DNA of 64,000 nt, from positions 1 to 64,000 of the forward strand of contig CBFGTS010000006.1 in NCBI GenBank assembly GCA_965652295.1. The letters are read 5' to 3'. Made by a program: the position numbers and the translations under genes. Each line of letters opens with the position of its first letter. The first letter of the stretch is position 1. The notes beneath the pieces were generated by a model. It saw nothing but the letters and a program-made list of their open reading frames with translations, was not told the DNA's origin and searched no databases. Shown piece after piece: positions 19,063-27,610 of this stretch. This DNA is from an uncultured Haloferula sp. (GTDB taxonomy: Bacteria > Verrucomicrobiota > Verrucomicrobiia > Verrucomicrobiales > Akkermansiaceae).

Positions 19063-19144
19063 TGCTGGAAAACCAGCATTTCAAATCAGGGCCGTCAATC
19101 CTATTTGCTGTTTTTCCAGCATTTGAATTGCAGTTTTTCCAGCA
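19063..19144. promoter_or_regulatory. Three putative BlaI operators, TGCWG-N6-CAGCA
   Basis: TGCTGGAAAACCAGCA at 19063-19078, TGCTGTTTTTCCAGCA at 19106-19121 and TGCAGTTTTTCCAGCA at 19129-19144. Confidence 0.8.
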
Positions 19145-19162
19145 CCCCTTAGTTTTCAGCCG

Positions 19163-19546
19163 ATGAGCGAATCGAAGGGCACCGCCCTCGCCCGCCGCGA
19201 GCAGCAGGTGATGGACATTCTCTACCGGCTCGGTGAAGCGGGCGCACAGGAGATCCTGGATGAAATGCCGGACCCGCCGACCTATTCGGCGGTCCGCGCG
19301 CTGCTTTCGACCATGGTCGAAAAGGGCCTTCTCAAGCACCGCAAGGATTCCCGTCGTTATCTCTATCGCCCGGCTGTTTCTGAAAAGAAGGCCAAGCGCT
19401 CGGCGCTTAAAAATCTGCTGGCAACCTTTTTCGACGGACGACCGGAAAACCTCGTGGCTTCGCTGCTCGATCCCAAGGACCAGCAGCTCAGCTCCGAGGA
19501 AATCGAGAAGATCCGCGAACTCATCGACCACGAACCCGAGCCATGA
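19163..19546 (+). CDS. BlaI/MecI/CopY-family repressor
   Basis: LARREQQVMDILYRLGE, TYSAVRALLSTMVEKG and LLATFFDG. Confidence 0.95.
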   Translation: MSESKGTALARREQQVMDILYRLGEAGAQEILDEMPDPPTYSAVRALLSTMVEKGLLKHRKDSRRYLYRPAVSEKKAKRSALKNLLATFFDGRPENLVASLLDPKDQQLSSEEIEKIRELIDHEPEP

Positions 19547-20424
19547 TCCTCGCCACGCTTTGCTTTTCCCTGCTCGCCAGCCTGCTGGTCGCAACCCTCG
19601 GCCGGCGCGAACCGCGTCTGAGTGCTGCGGCGCTGCTGTTGCTCTTGGCGATGCCTCTCCTCGCCTGCTTGCCGAAATGGCCGGTGTTGCCTGGCGGTGA
19701 CGGGACGGAAGCCGGCGGCTCGCTCCTCTTTCCCGGGTTGTGGTCGGCCGGCGCGATTCTGGTAACGTCGAGGCTCATCGTTTCCGCCGTCGTGCTGCGT
19801 CGTTGGCGTCGAGCCTCGCCGCTCATCGAGACGCTGACACTGCCGGACGGCCGGAGCGCGGAACTCCTCCTCTGCGAGCAAATCCACGGCCCCGTCGCAG
19901 CCGGTGTTTTCCGGTCCACCGTTTTCGTGCCGGCTGCCTGGACAACGTGGTCCGGAGAGATCCGGAACATCGTCCTCGCCCACGAGCTGGCCCATCTGCA
20001 TCGCCGCGATCCGATGTGGCGGCTGCTCGGCACCCTGGCCTGCGCGATCCATTGGTTCAATCCGCTCGTCTGGTGGCTGGCGCGGCGTCATCGGCTGGAG
20101 GCCGAGTTCGCCTGCGATGCCAGCGTCGTCTGCTCCGGCATCCCCGCAAAACGCTACGCGAACGTGTTGTGCGACCTCGCCGCCACCGGCTCCGCCCCCG
20201 CCGGGGCCTTGGCGATGGCGGAGGAAAGCCTGCTCCACCGCCGGGTGAAGCGGGTCTTCCAGCCGGCAAGCGCCGCATCCCCACTCGTCACCGCCTTGCT
20301 GCTCGCCACCTTCGGTCTCGCCGCCGTGGCGGTTTCCGTGATCGGTCCCGAGAAGCGATTGAGCCCGCCTTCCACGGAGGAAGTCCGTCTGAGACTCAGC
20401 GCGGATCCATTTCCAGAAAACTGA
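19543..20424 (+). CDS. BlaR1-like M56 metallopeptidase without a C-terminal sensor domain
   Basis: HELAH zincin motif, IHWFNPLVW and EFACD; ATGA overlap with blaI; ends about 25 aa after the last TM helix. Confidence 0.92.
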   Translation: MILATLCFSLLASLLVATLGRREPRLSAAALLLLLAMPLLACLPKWPVLPGGDGTEAGGSLLFPGLWSAGAILVTSRLIVSAVVLRRWRRASPLIETLTLPDGRSAELLLCEQIHGPVAAGVFRSTVFVPAAWTTWSGEIRNIVLAHELAHLHRRDPMWRLLGTLACAIHWFNPLVWWLARRHRLEAEFACDASVVCSGIPAKRYANVLCDLAATGSAPAGALAMAEESLLHRRVKRVFQPASAASPLVTALLLATFGLAAVAVSVIGPEKRLSPPSTEEVRLRLSADPFPEN

Positions 20425-20442
20425 CAGGCCACCGTCCCCATC

Positions 20443-20471
20443 TTGACACCACTGCACCACTGCACCATGGT
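20443..20471 (+). promoter_or_regulatory. Promoter/operator of the first vapBC pair
   Basis: TTGACA-N17-CATGGT with a CACTGCAC direct repeat in the spacer; GTG 6 nt downstream. Confidence 0.6.
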
Positions 20472-20477
20472 TCACAT

Positions 20478-20792
20478 GTGAATCGCCTCACCATCTCCCT
20501 TCCCGACGACCTTTACGCCATGGCTCGCGCCCATGCCGTGGCGAATCGCAAATCGCTCAGCAAGGCGATCGGGGATTTGCTGCGGCAGGGCCGGACCCCC
20601 AATCCATCGCCGGCCCCGTCCGGGCACTCGCAAGGTCCGAAAATCCATCCGGAAACCGGCTTTCCCCTCATTGAGTGCGAGGAAGGCCTCACCATGGCGG
20701 ACATCCAGCGCGCCATCGATGACGACGATATCCGTCACCTGGAGATGATGGGGCTCGGTCCGGAGGAAATCGAACGCGCGCTTGCCCGATGA
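20478..20792 (+). CDS. RHH antitoxin (VapB-like)
   Basis: RLTISLPDDLYAMARAHAVANRKSLSKAIGDLLR; overlaps the PIN toxin start. Confidence 0.85.
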   Translation: MNRLTISLPDDLYAMARAHAVANRKSLSKAIGDLLRQGRTPNPSPAPSGHSQGPKIHPETGFPLIECEEGLTMADIQRAIDDDDIRHLEMMGLGPEEIERALAR

Positions 20793-21196
20793 CCTGGCTG
20801 CTGGACGGCAACGTGCTGATCTCCCTCGCCTGGCCGGGTCATCCGTTTCATGACCGGGCATCGCGCTGGCTCGCCTCGCTCCCAGCAGCTGACGGAATCG
20901 CCACCTGCCCGGTTACCGAAGGCACCCTTCTCCGCCTTCACATGCAGCATGGAAAGGACAAGACAGCCAGCACCGCTTGGGCCGCTCTGGGCTGCATCCA
21001 CGCCCATCCCCGTCACGTCTTCTGGCCGGACAATTTCTCCTACACCGAGATCGACCCCACCCGTCTCACCGGCCACCGGCAGATCACCGACACCTGGCTC
21101 GCCCATCTCGCGCACCGCAAAGGCGGCAAGCTCGCCACCCTCGACGACGCGCTCTCCGTCCTCTGGCCCGATTCCACCCTCCTCATCCCGGTTTGA
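20789..21196 (+). CDS. vapC: PIN-domain toxin (VapC family)
   Basis: Motifs LLDGNVLI, TE, ITDTWL and LATLD. Confidence 0.9.
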   Translation: MTWLLDGNVLISLAWPGHPFHDRASRWLASLPAADGIATCPVTEGTLLRLHMQHGKDKTASTAWAALGCIHAHPRHVFWPDNFSYTEIDPTRLTGHRQITDTWLAHLAHRKGGKLATLDDALSVLWPDSTLLIPV

Positions 21197-21263
21197 CCTC
21201 ATTCCCGGCAAGGAGAAATCCCCCTGCCACCTCGTGGCCTCCGTCCTACCATGCCCGGCTTCG

Positions 21264-21298
21264 TGATGCCTTGACATCATATTCTAAAGCATCATGAT
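21264..21298 (+). promoter_or_regulatory. Promoter/operator of the second vapBC pair
   Basis: TTGACA at 21271 and CATGAT at 21293, bracketed by the inverted repeat TGATGC/GCATCA. Confidence 0.6.
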
Positions 21299-21304
21299 TC
21301 ACCC

Positions 21305-21586
21305 ATGAGAACCACCCTCACCATCGACGACGATCTGATGGGCCTTTTAAAGCGCCGTGCCCGCGAGCTGGACAAACCGTTCAAGGAACTCGTGAACGCC
21401 GCCTTGAGGCGGGGCCTTGCGGCGGAGAATCCGGGGGAATCTCGTCCGAACATCACGGTCCGCCCGCATGATTTCGGCCCCACTCCGGCCGGACTGGATC
21501 CGGGCCGCCTGAACCAGCTGGTGGATGAACTGGAAGTGGCGGAATACCTTGGAAAGGCGGCGCACGATGATTCTTCCGGACGTTAA
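21305..21586 (+). CDS. RHH antitoxin (VapB-like)
   Basis: MRTTLTIDDDL..LKRRARE..KELVNAALRRGL. Confidence 0.9.
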   Translation: MRTTLTIDDDLMGLLKRRARELDKPFKELVNAALRRGLAAENPGESRPNITVRPHDFGPTPAGLDPGRLNQLVDELEVAEYLGKAAHDDSSGR

Positions 21587-21998
21587 CCTCCTCGTTTACG
21601 CCCACAATCTGCGTGCTCCCCAACACCAGGAAGCCCGCGCCTGGTGGGAGGGCTGCCTACAGGGTCACGATGGTGTCGCTTTGGCCTGGGTGGTGATCCA
21701 AGGCTTCATCCGCCTCACCACGCATCCCAGGGTTTTCGCCAACCCGCTGCCCGTGGCCGAGGCACTGGACCGCGTCGAGGAATGGCTCTCGCTCCCCCAT
21801 GTGCGGGTGGCGCATCCCCCGGACAAGCATTTCCCCACCTGGTCCGGTCTGCTGCGCCAGCTCGGATGTGCGGGAAACCTCACCACGGACGCCCATCTCG
21901 CCGCCCTCGCCATCGACCGCGGCTTCATCCTCCACACCACGGATGCCGACTTCACGCGCTTTCGCGGCCTGAAGTGGGTCAACCCGCTTGCTCCCTGA
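21567..21998 (+). CDS. vapC: PIN-domain toxin (VapC family)
   Basis: Motifs ILPDVNLLVYA, TDAHLAALA and TTDADF. Confidence 0.92.
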   Translation: MILPDVNLLVYAHNLRAPQHQEARAWWEGCLQGHDGVALAWVVIQGFIRLTTHPRVFANPLPVAEALDRVEEWLSLPHVRVAHPPDKHFPTWSGLLRQLGCAGNLTTDAHLAALAIDRGFILHTTDADFTRFRGLKWVNPLAP

Positions 21999-22066
21999 GT
22001 TCTCCTCAGATCTTTCCACGACCCCCACCGCCTACGACCTCGCCGACCGGCTTCCGAGGGCTCTAG

Positions 22067-22133
22067 GGAGCGCCGATTGTAAAATCGGCTTCTGCGGCGG
22101 TTCGGAAGATGCCGATTTCACAATCGGCGCTCC
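22067..22133. repeat. REP-like inverted doublet
   Basis: GGAGCGCCGATTGTAAAATCGGC (22067-22089) and its inverted copy at 22111-22133, one mismatch; each arm is itself a hairpin. Confidence 0.85.
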
Positions 22134-23146
22134 ATGAGACACCCGCCGACTCCTTGGTTTCCGCCGACGGCGGTGATGATGGCCTTTTCCGCCTCGCCTT
22201 GATTCAAGGCATCGACCGCCGCCACGAGCTGCATGCCGGCGGAAGCTCCCATGGCTTCGCCGAGGAGCTTGCGGGTGGAAAGCCGCGGGCCGTTCCAGGC
22301 GATCGCTTGCTCGGGGGCGTCGAGGCGCGGGACGCCATTCCGTCCGTCGGACCAGAGCGTGGCGCCATCGTCGCTCGCCGCGAGTTCCGACCAGATGCGT
22401 GAGAGGGCTTTCGCCCGGTCCGGTTCGACGGCATAGCTGACGACATCGGGCACGGCGAGGAGTTGCGGACCCGCACCATCCTTCTCCAAAAGCAGCGCCG
22501 CCGCGCCTTCGGCGGGCAACATACGGGAATCGTAGTAGCCGAGCGCTTCGGCGCTGAGCCAGTCGGCCTCTTCGGGCGCGACGACGAGCACGGCATCGCA
22601 ATCGCCGCGGTCGAGCCACTCGGCGGCGAGGTCGAGGGCGATGAAGATCTCCGCGCCGTCGCCGATGATCGTGTCGTTCGGCGCGGTGCAGTTCGACATC
22701 GCGGAAAGGTGGCTGGACGGCGCGTTATAGACCGTTTCCGGGAAAAGGATGGGGCTGGCCACCGCGGGATCGGCGAGGACCTCGCCGTAGAAGCGGTTGG
22801 AGTAGTTCACGCAGCCGTTCATCATCGAGCAGATGACGCCGAGGCGGAGCTGGCCGCTGGACACCGCTTCGAGGCGCTCCGGTCCAAGGGCTTCGAGCGC
22901 GGCGGCGGCGGCGAACTTGCCGACCGAGCTGGCGCGGCGCAGGCGGGGGGATTTAGGCAGCAGGGAGCGATCGGTCATCGCCGGCACCTTGGCGATCGGC
23001 GTGCGGATGGTTTCTCCGGCCGTCGTCGTACGTTCGAGAAACGAGGGCTCGACCGGGTTTCCGGCGGCGAGGCATTCGCGCAGCGCGGACACGCCCCAGC
23101 CGGCCGGGGAAACGACGCCGATGCCGCTGATCGTGATCCGGCTCAT
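22118..23146 (-). CDS. Catalytically degenerate beta-ketoacyl synthase (chain-length-factor-like)
   Basis: KS N-terminus ISGIGVVSPAG and ASPILFPETVYNA; the active-site Cys motif is replaced by GDGAE and the His motifs are absent. Confidence 0.85.
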   Translation of the reverse strand: MSRITISGIGVVSPAGWGVSALRECLAAGNPVEPSFLERTTTAGETIRTPIAKVPAMTDRSLLPKSPRLRRASSVGKFAAAAALEALGPERLEAVSSGQLRLGVICSMMNGCVNYSNRFYGEVLADPAVASPILFPETVYNAPSSHLSAMSNCTAPNDTIIGDGAEIFIALDLAAEWLDRGDCDAVLVVAPEEADWLSAEALGYYDSRMLPAEGAAALLLEKDGAGPQLLAVPDVVSYAVEPDRAKALSRIWSELAASDDGATLWSDGRNGVPRLDAPEQAIAWNGPRLSTRKLLGEAMGASAGMQLVAAVDALNQGEAEKAIITAVGGNQGVGGCLMERRL

Positions 23147-24402
23147 GGCGCGACCTCCCTTCCCATGACGAGCGTCGCATTCGCTCCGCCGAAACCGAAC
23201 GAATTGGTGAGCGCGTATTTCACCCCGGCCTCGCGCGGCTCGCGGATGAGGTCGAATTTCACCACCGGATCGACTTCCCGGACGCTCAGATTGGCAGGCA
23301 GCCACTGGCCGCGCAGGGCCATGAGGCAGATGACCGCCTCGACCGAGCCCGCGCCGCCGAGGAGGTGGCCGATGGAGGATTTGGTGGAACTCAGGCGGAT
23401 GCCCGGCGTGGCGTCGCCGGCCCAGCGGGCGACGGCGTTGGCCTCGGCGACGTCGTTGAGCGGCGTGCCGGTGCCGTGGGAGTTGATGTAATCGATCTGC
23501 CCCGGCTCCAACCCGGCCATGCGCGTGGCGGCGGTCATGGTGATCAGGGCGGCATCGCCCTGCGGGTGCGGCTGGGTGAGGTGGTGGATATCGGTCGCAG
23601 CCCCGTAACCGAGCAGCGTGCCGAGGATTTCCGCGCCGCGGGCCCTGGCGGAATCGAGGCTTTCCACGACCACAAATCCCGCGCCCTCACCGATCGCGAG
23701 GCCGTCGCGGTGGGCGTCGAAAGGCCGCGGAAGACCGCCGGGCGAGAGCGCCTGGAGGGAATCGAAGCCGGCGAAGACCATCTGCGCGAGCCCATCGTAG
23801 CCGCCGGCCAGCACGCGATCGGCGCGGCCCTCGCGGACGAGATGGAAGGCCTGGCCGATGGCGTTGGCACCGGAAGCGCAAGCATTGGAGACGATCCGCA
23901 GCGGCCCGCCGATGCCCAGCGCGGTCATCATGGAGGTGAGCTGACGTTGCGGCTGGTAGGTCTCGATGCGGGTGAGCTGGCCGCGTTTTCCGCCGGCCAT
24001 CGCGTGCTGGTAGTAGCTCTCGCCGATCGGCATCGCGCCGGCCGAGGTGCCGATGCACACCGGCATTTCCCCGGAGACTCCGGCCTGTGCGAGCGCCTCG
24101 TGAGCCGCCACCAGCGCCATCCGCGTGCCGCGGTCGAAGCGGTGCCACTCGCGGCTCGTCAGTGAGGAAACCGTCGGCCGGTCCGGCATGTCCGCCTGAC
24201 CGGCGGTGCCGACGCGCTGGCGGGAGACATCGAAGAGATCGACCGCGCGGAACGCAGTCCGCCCCGCGCGGAAACCCGCGGCGTTTTCGGCGAAGCCGGC
24301 ACCCATGGACGTATGGATGCCCGCGCCCGTGATGACCACGGTGCGGGGGTCGGCGATTTGCTGCTGGTCCGCTCGGTAAGCCACACTTTCGCGCTTTCTC
24401 AC
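23143..24402 (-). CDS. Beta-ketoacyl-ACP synthase (FabF/FabB family)
   Basis: Catalytic motifs SNACASG, HGTGT and IGHLLG, plus NSFGFGG; start uncertain. Confidence 0.93.
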   Translation of the reverse strand: MRKRESVAYRADQQQIADPRTVVITGAGIHTSMGAGFAENAAGFRAGRTAFRAVDLFDVSRQRVGTAGQADMPDRPTVSSLTSREWHRFDRGTRMALVAAHEALAQAGVSGEMPVCIGTSAGAMPIGESYYQHAMAGGKRGQLTRIETYQPQRQLTSMMTALGIGGPLRIVSNACASGANAIGQAFHLVREGRADRVLAGGYDGLAQMVFAGFDSLQALSPGGLPRPFDAHRDGLAIGEGAGFVVVESLDSARARGAEILGTLLGYGAATDIHHLTQPHPQGDAALITMTAATRMAGLEPGQIDYINSHGTGTPLNDVAEANAVARWAGDATPGIRLSSTKSSIGHLLGGAGSVEAVICLMALRGQWLPANLSVREVDPVVKFDLIREPREAGVKYALTNSFGFGGANATLVMGREVAP

Positions 24403-24452
24403 TGGCCGAATGCCAGCTGCGGCAGCTAGGCAACCCCCGCCGAAGTTGTCAA

Positions 24453-25688
24453 ATGCTGCTTCCCCGCTGGCACAGAACCCTAACTGATTTCCACGATGCG
24501 CCCGCCATTTTTCATGGCGAAACGGTGCTGACCTTCGGTGCCCTCGCGGAGCGTCTGGCAGCGCTGCCCCCGGCCACGGCTCCGGTGCTGGCCGCCGGCA
24601 GCGCGCTCGAGATCGTCCTGGCGACCCTGCGCGGCTGGCGCGACGGGCAACCGGTGGTGCCGGTCGAGCGCGCCGATGGAGCCATGCCCGGACTCGACGA
24701 AATTCCGGAATCCATCGCCCACATCAAGCTCACCCCCGGCAACGACGGCCGCCCACGCGGCGTGTGGTTCACCGCGGCGCAGCTCGCGGCCGATGCCGAC
24801 CGGCTGGTCGCGGCCATGGATCTCCGCCGGGATACCCCGAATCTCGCCACCGTTTCCCTGACGCATTCCTACGGCTACTCCTCGATCATCCTGCCGCTGC
24901 TGCTCCACGGCATCCCGCTGCAGACCGTCGAGGTGCCGTTTCCCGCGGTGGTGGCCGCAGCCTGGAAAAACCATGCCCGGGTGGTACTGCCCGCCGTGCC
25001 CTCGATGTGGCGGGCCTGGCACCGGTCCGGGATTTTGGAAAAGGCACCGATCGCGCTCGCCCTCTCCGCCGGGGCACCGCTGGCGCTCGAGCTGGAGCAT
25101 GCCGTCTGGGAAAGCCACGGCCTCAAGCTCCACAACTTCTACGGTGCCTCCGAATGCGGCGGCATTTCCTTCGATGCGGGCGAACTCCCCCGCAGCGAGG
25201 CTTCCGACCTCGGCAGCCCGCTGCCCGGCGTGGAGGTCGAGGTCACCGGCGAGGGTCGTTTCCTGATTCACAGCGATGCCGTCGCCGAATGCTACGACAC
25301 CCACCGTAGCGGCGAAGTCCTCGGCAACGGACGTTTCCTCACGCCCGATCACGGGCACCTGGCCGACGGACGCCTCATTCTCGACGCCCGCGGCGGCGAG
25401 CACATCAACGTCGCCGGCCGCAAGCTCGGTCCTGGCCGCATCGAAACCGCTCTCAAGGCCACCGGGCTGATCACCACCGTGCGCGTCTTCGGCCTGCCCA
25501 GCTCCGACCCCGAACGCGTCGAGGAAGTCGCCGCGCTCGTCCCCCCCGGCACCGACACCGCAGCCCTGCGCCGCGCCGTTTCCGAAAAAATCGCCGGCTG
25601 GGAAGTCCCCCGCCACTGGTTCACCAGCGATCAGCCGGACGACTTCTCCCTGAAACGCTCCGACCTCCGGAAGCGCCACTCCAACTGA
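24453..25688 (+). CDS. AMP-binding (acyl-CoA/acyl-ACP ligase-like) enzyme
   Basis: Motifs THSYG, SAGAPL, NFYGASECG and INVAGRK; degenerate P-loop LTPGNDGRPRG. Confidence 0.85.
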   Translation: MLLPRWHRTLTDFHDAPAIFHGETVLTFGALAERLAALPPATAPVLAAGSALEIVLATLRGWRDGQPVVPVERADGAMPGLDEIPESIAHIKLTPGNDGRPRGVWFTAAQLAADADRLVAAMDLRRDTPNLATVSLTHSYGYSSIILPLLLHGIPLQTVEVPFPAVVAAAWKNHARVVLPAVPSMWRAWHRSGILEKAPIALALSAGAPLALELEHAVWESHGLKLHNFYGASECGGISFDAGELPRSEASDLGSPLPGVEVEVTGEGRFLIHSDAVAECYDTHRSGEVLGNGRFLTPDHGHLADGRLILDARGGEHINVAGRKLGPGRIETALKATGLITTVRVFGLPSSDPERVEEVAALVPPGTDTAALRRAVSEKIAGWEVPRHWFTSDQPDDFSLKRSDLRKRHSN

Positions 25689-25698
25689 CCTCGAGGAG

Positions 25699-26142
25699 GA
25701 TCAAGCTCGGGAGGAAGATGGACCAGGATGAATAGGATCCATAGGATGGGCAGGATCAAATCCGGGTAGGGTTGCCAAGGCGATCAAGCCAGGGAGAATG
25801 AGGGGCACCAGCCATTCCGATTTTCCCAGATGAACGCTGATGCAGGCATCCAGGTCCCGAGTTGCCTTTTTCCATCACCGAGGAACGGAGGAGGACGGAG
25901 GTCACGGAGAAAGGCAGGATGAAAGGTTTCGCGGCTCTGTGGCCTCCGTCTCCCTCAGTGCCTCCGTGCCCGGAAGAATGGCTGTCCAACCGGGAACCAT
26001 CTCGAAGCCTTCGGACGACGACCGATGAATGCGGCTCAAATCAGCGACCCTCGTTCAACCACCATCCCATGCATCCCCCCAATCCTATCCATCTTGATCT
26101 CAAATTCCCGGACGCCCGCCCAACCCTTCCCCGGGCTTGATC
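25699..26142. repeat. Nested inverted-repeat intergenic element containing dispersed-repeat copy B
   Basis: Outer IR GATCAAGC(T/C)CGGG; 9-periodic AGGAT x4 against ATCC/ATCT x4; inner 34-bp CACGGAGG-periodic IR at 25876-25968. Confidence 0.75.
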
Positions 26143-26167
26143 GCCCTGAACCGACTCTTTTCCCTTT

Positions 26168-26602
26168 CTACTTTTCACTGGCCACTCCGGCTTCGCCGGC
26201 CAACTGCACCTTCGCCGTTGCCAGCACCCGCTCGCCGACTTTCACCTCGCCGCTGATCTGGATCATCGGCCCGAGTCGGCCTTCCACCATCGCGGAGATT
26301 TCCAGCACCTCTCCCGGCACCGCCGCTCCGAGGATTTTCGCACCGCGGATGCCGGTCAGCAGCAGGCCTTCCACCGCCGGGATTGCCGGATCGCTCTGCG
26401 CCACCACCCCGCCGAGCTGGGCGATCGCCTCGACCAGAATCACGCCGGGCATCAGCGGCCGGCCGGGGAAGTGCCCCACGAGAAATGCCTCGTCGCCCCG
26501 CACCGTGTAGCGCCCCAGCGCGCGCTTTCCTCCCTCCAGCTCCACGATTTCATCGACAAAGCGGAACTCCGGACCGTGGGGCAGGGCATCGAGCGCGGAC
26601 AT
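26168..26602 (-). CDS. 3-hydroxyacyl-ACP dehydratase (FabZ family)
   Basis: Motifs LPHGPEFRFVD and GHFPGRPLMPGVILVEAIAQ. Confidence 0.92.
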   Translation of the reverse strand: MSALDALPHGPEFRFVDEIVELEGGKRALGRYTVRGDEAFLVGHFPGRPLMPGVILVEAIAQLGGVVAQSDPAIPAVEGLLLTGIRGAKILGAAVPGEVLEISAMVEGRLGPMIQISGEVKVGERVLATAKVQLAGEAGVASEK

Positions 26603-26705
26603 GCCTGGAGAAAGGAAAATAATCGTCTCCGGCGCAACCCCTCGGGTCCACCCGGAGCGCAAAATCCGCACATTCCGTGCTTGGCCGCCTTCTTTGGTCC
26701 GGATT

Positions 26706-27557
26706 ATGTTTGAAACGTCTCGCATGCCCCCTGCCGATCCATCCGTCCTTCCTAACACCGGTGCCTTACCGGCGCAGACGAGATCGTGGTGGTGGTGGCC
26801 GGTGGAGACCGTCGCCGCTCTGGGAGCCTTCGCCTACTGGGGCGTGGCCGGGCCGCTTTTCACGCTCGCGGCGATTCCCCTCTGCCTGATTTTGCCGAAG
26901 CGCCACGGCAAGGTGCTCGGTCGCTCGCTGCTGCACTTCGTCTTCCGCGTCTTCGTCCGCTACCTGCGGGTCACCGGCCTGGTCTATGCGGATCTCGATT
27001 CCCTCAAGTCGCTCCGCGAGCGCAAGGATTCCGTGATCATCGCGCCGAACCACACCTCGCTGTGGGACGCCGTGTTCGTCATCGCCTGCCTGCCGCAGCC
27101 GATCTGCATCATGAAGGAGTCGATCCTTTGCAACCCCTTCCTCGGCGGCGGTGCGCGGCTCGCCGGCTACATTCCAAACGGCTCGTCCTCACGCCTGATT
27201 CGCGATGCCTCCGAGGCGCTCGCGCACGGCGGCCAGCTCCTGCTTTTCCCCGAGGGTACCCGCACCCGTCACGATGCCCGCTGGATCAACCCCCTCAAAG
27301 GCGGCTGCGCGCTGATCGCCCGCCACGCCGGCGTCCCCGTGCTGCCCGTCTTTATCCGCAGCAACACGCGCTTCCTCGAAAAAGGCTGGCCGCTGTGGAA
27401 GCGGCCCGAGTTTCCCATCCGCATGAGCTTCGAACTCGGCGAGGAGATGGTCTCCACCGGCGAGGAAACCGCGAAACAGTTCACCGGCCGGCTTGAGGAA
27501 AGCTATCACGCCAACCTCTCCCGCCCGCACAAGCTGAGGAGACAGGTGGCGGAGTAG
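26706..27557 (+). CDS. Lysophospholipid acyltransferase (PlsC family)
   Basis: Motifs NHTSLWD and FPEGTR; start at 26706 or 26724. Confidence 0.9.
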   Translation: MFETSRMPPADPSVLPNTGALPAQTRSWWWWPVETVAALGAFAYWGVAGPLFTLAAIPLCLILPKRHGKVLGRSLLHFVFRVFVRYLRVTGLVYADLDSLKSLRERKDSVIIAPNHTSLWDAVFVIACLPQPICIMKESILCNPFLGGGARLAGYIPNGSSSRLIRDASEALAHGGQLLLFPEGTRTRHDARWINPLKGGCALIARHAGVPVLPVFIRSNTRFLEKGWPLWKRPEFPIRMSFELGEEMVSTGEETAKQFTGRLEESYHANLSRPHKLRRQVAE

Positions 27558-27577
27558 GAGGGTGCGGCGGGCTATTC

Positions 27578-27610
27578 CCCCATAGGTCCTATAGGACCCA
27601 TGGGACCCAT
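27578..27610. repeat. 9-periodic self-complementary repeat
   Basis: CCCATAGGTCCTATAGGACCCATGGGACCCAT, with a perfect 14-bp palindrome at 27585-27598. Confidence 0.7.

Noticed and set aside
19061..19594. N-terminal extension of the 449-aa minus-strand ORF
   Set aside because: It overlaps blaI antisense and the operator region; the signal peptide and lipobox begin at 19060.
19740..20477. Long 350-aa ORF as a BlaR-antitoxin fusion
   Set aside because: It is an off-frame overlap with the M56 gene; only the last 104 codons, after a promoter, look like an antitoxin.
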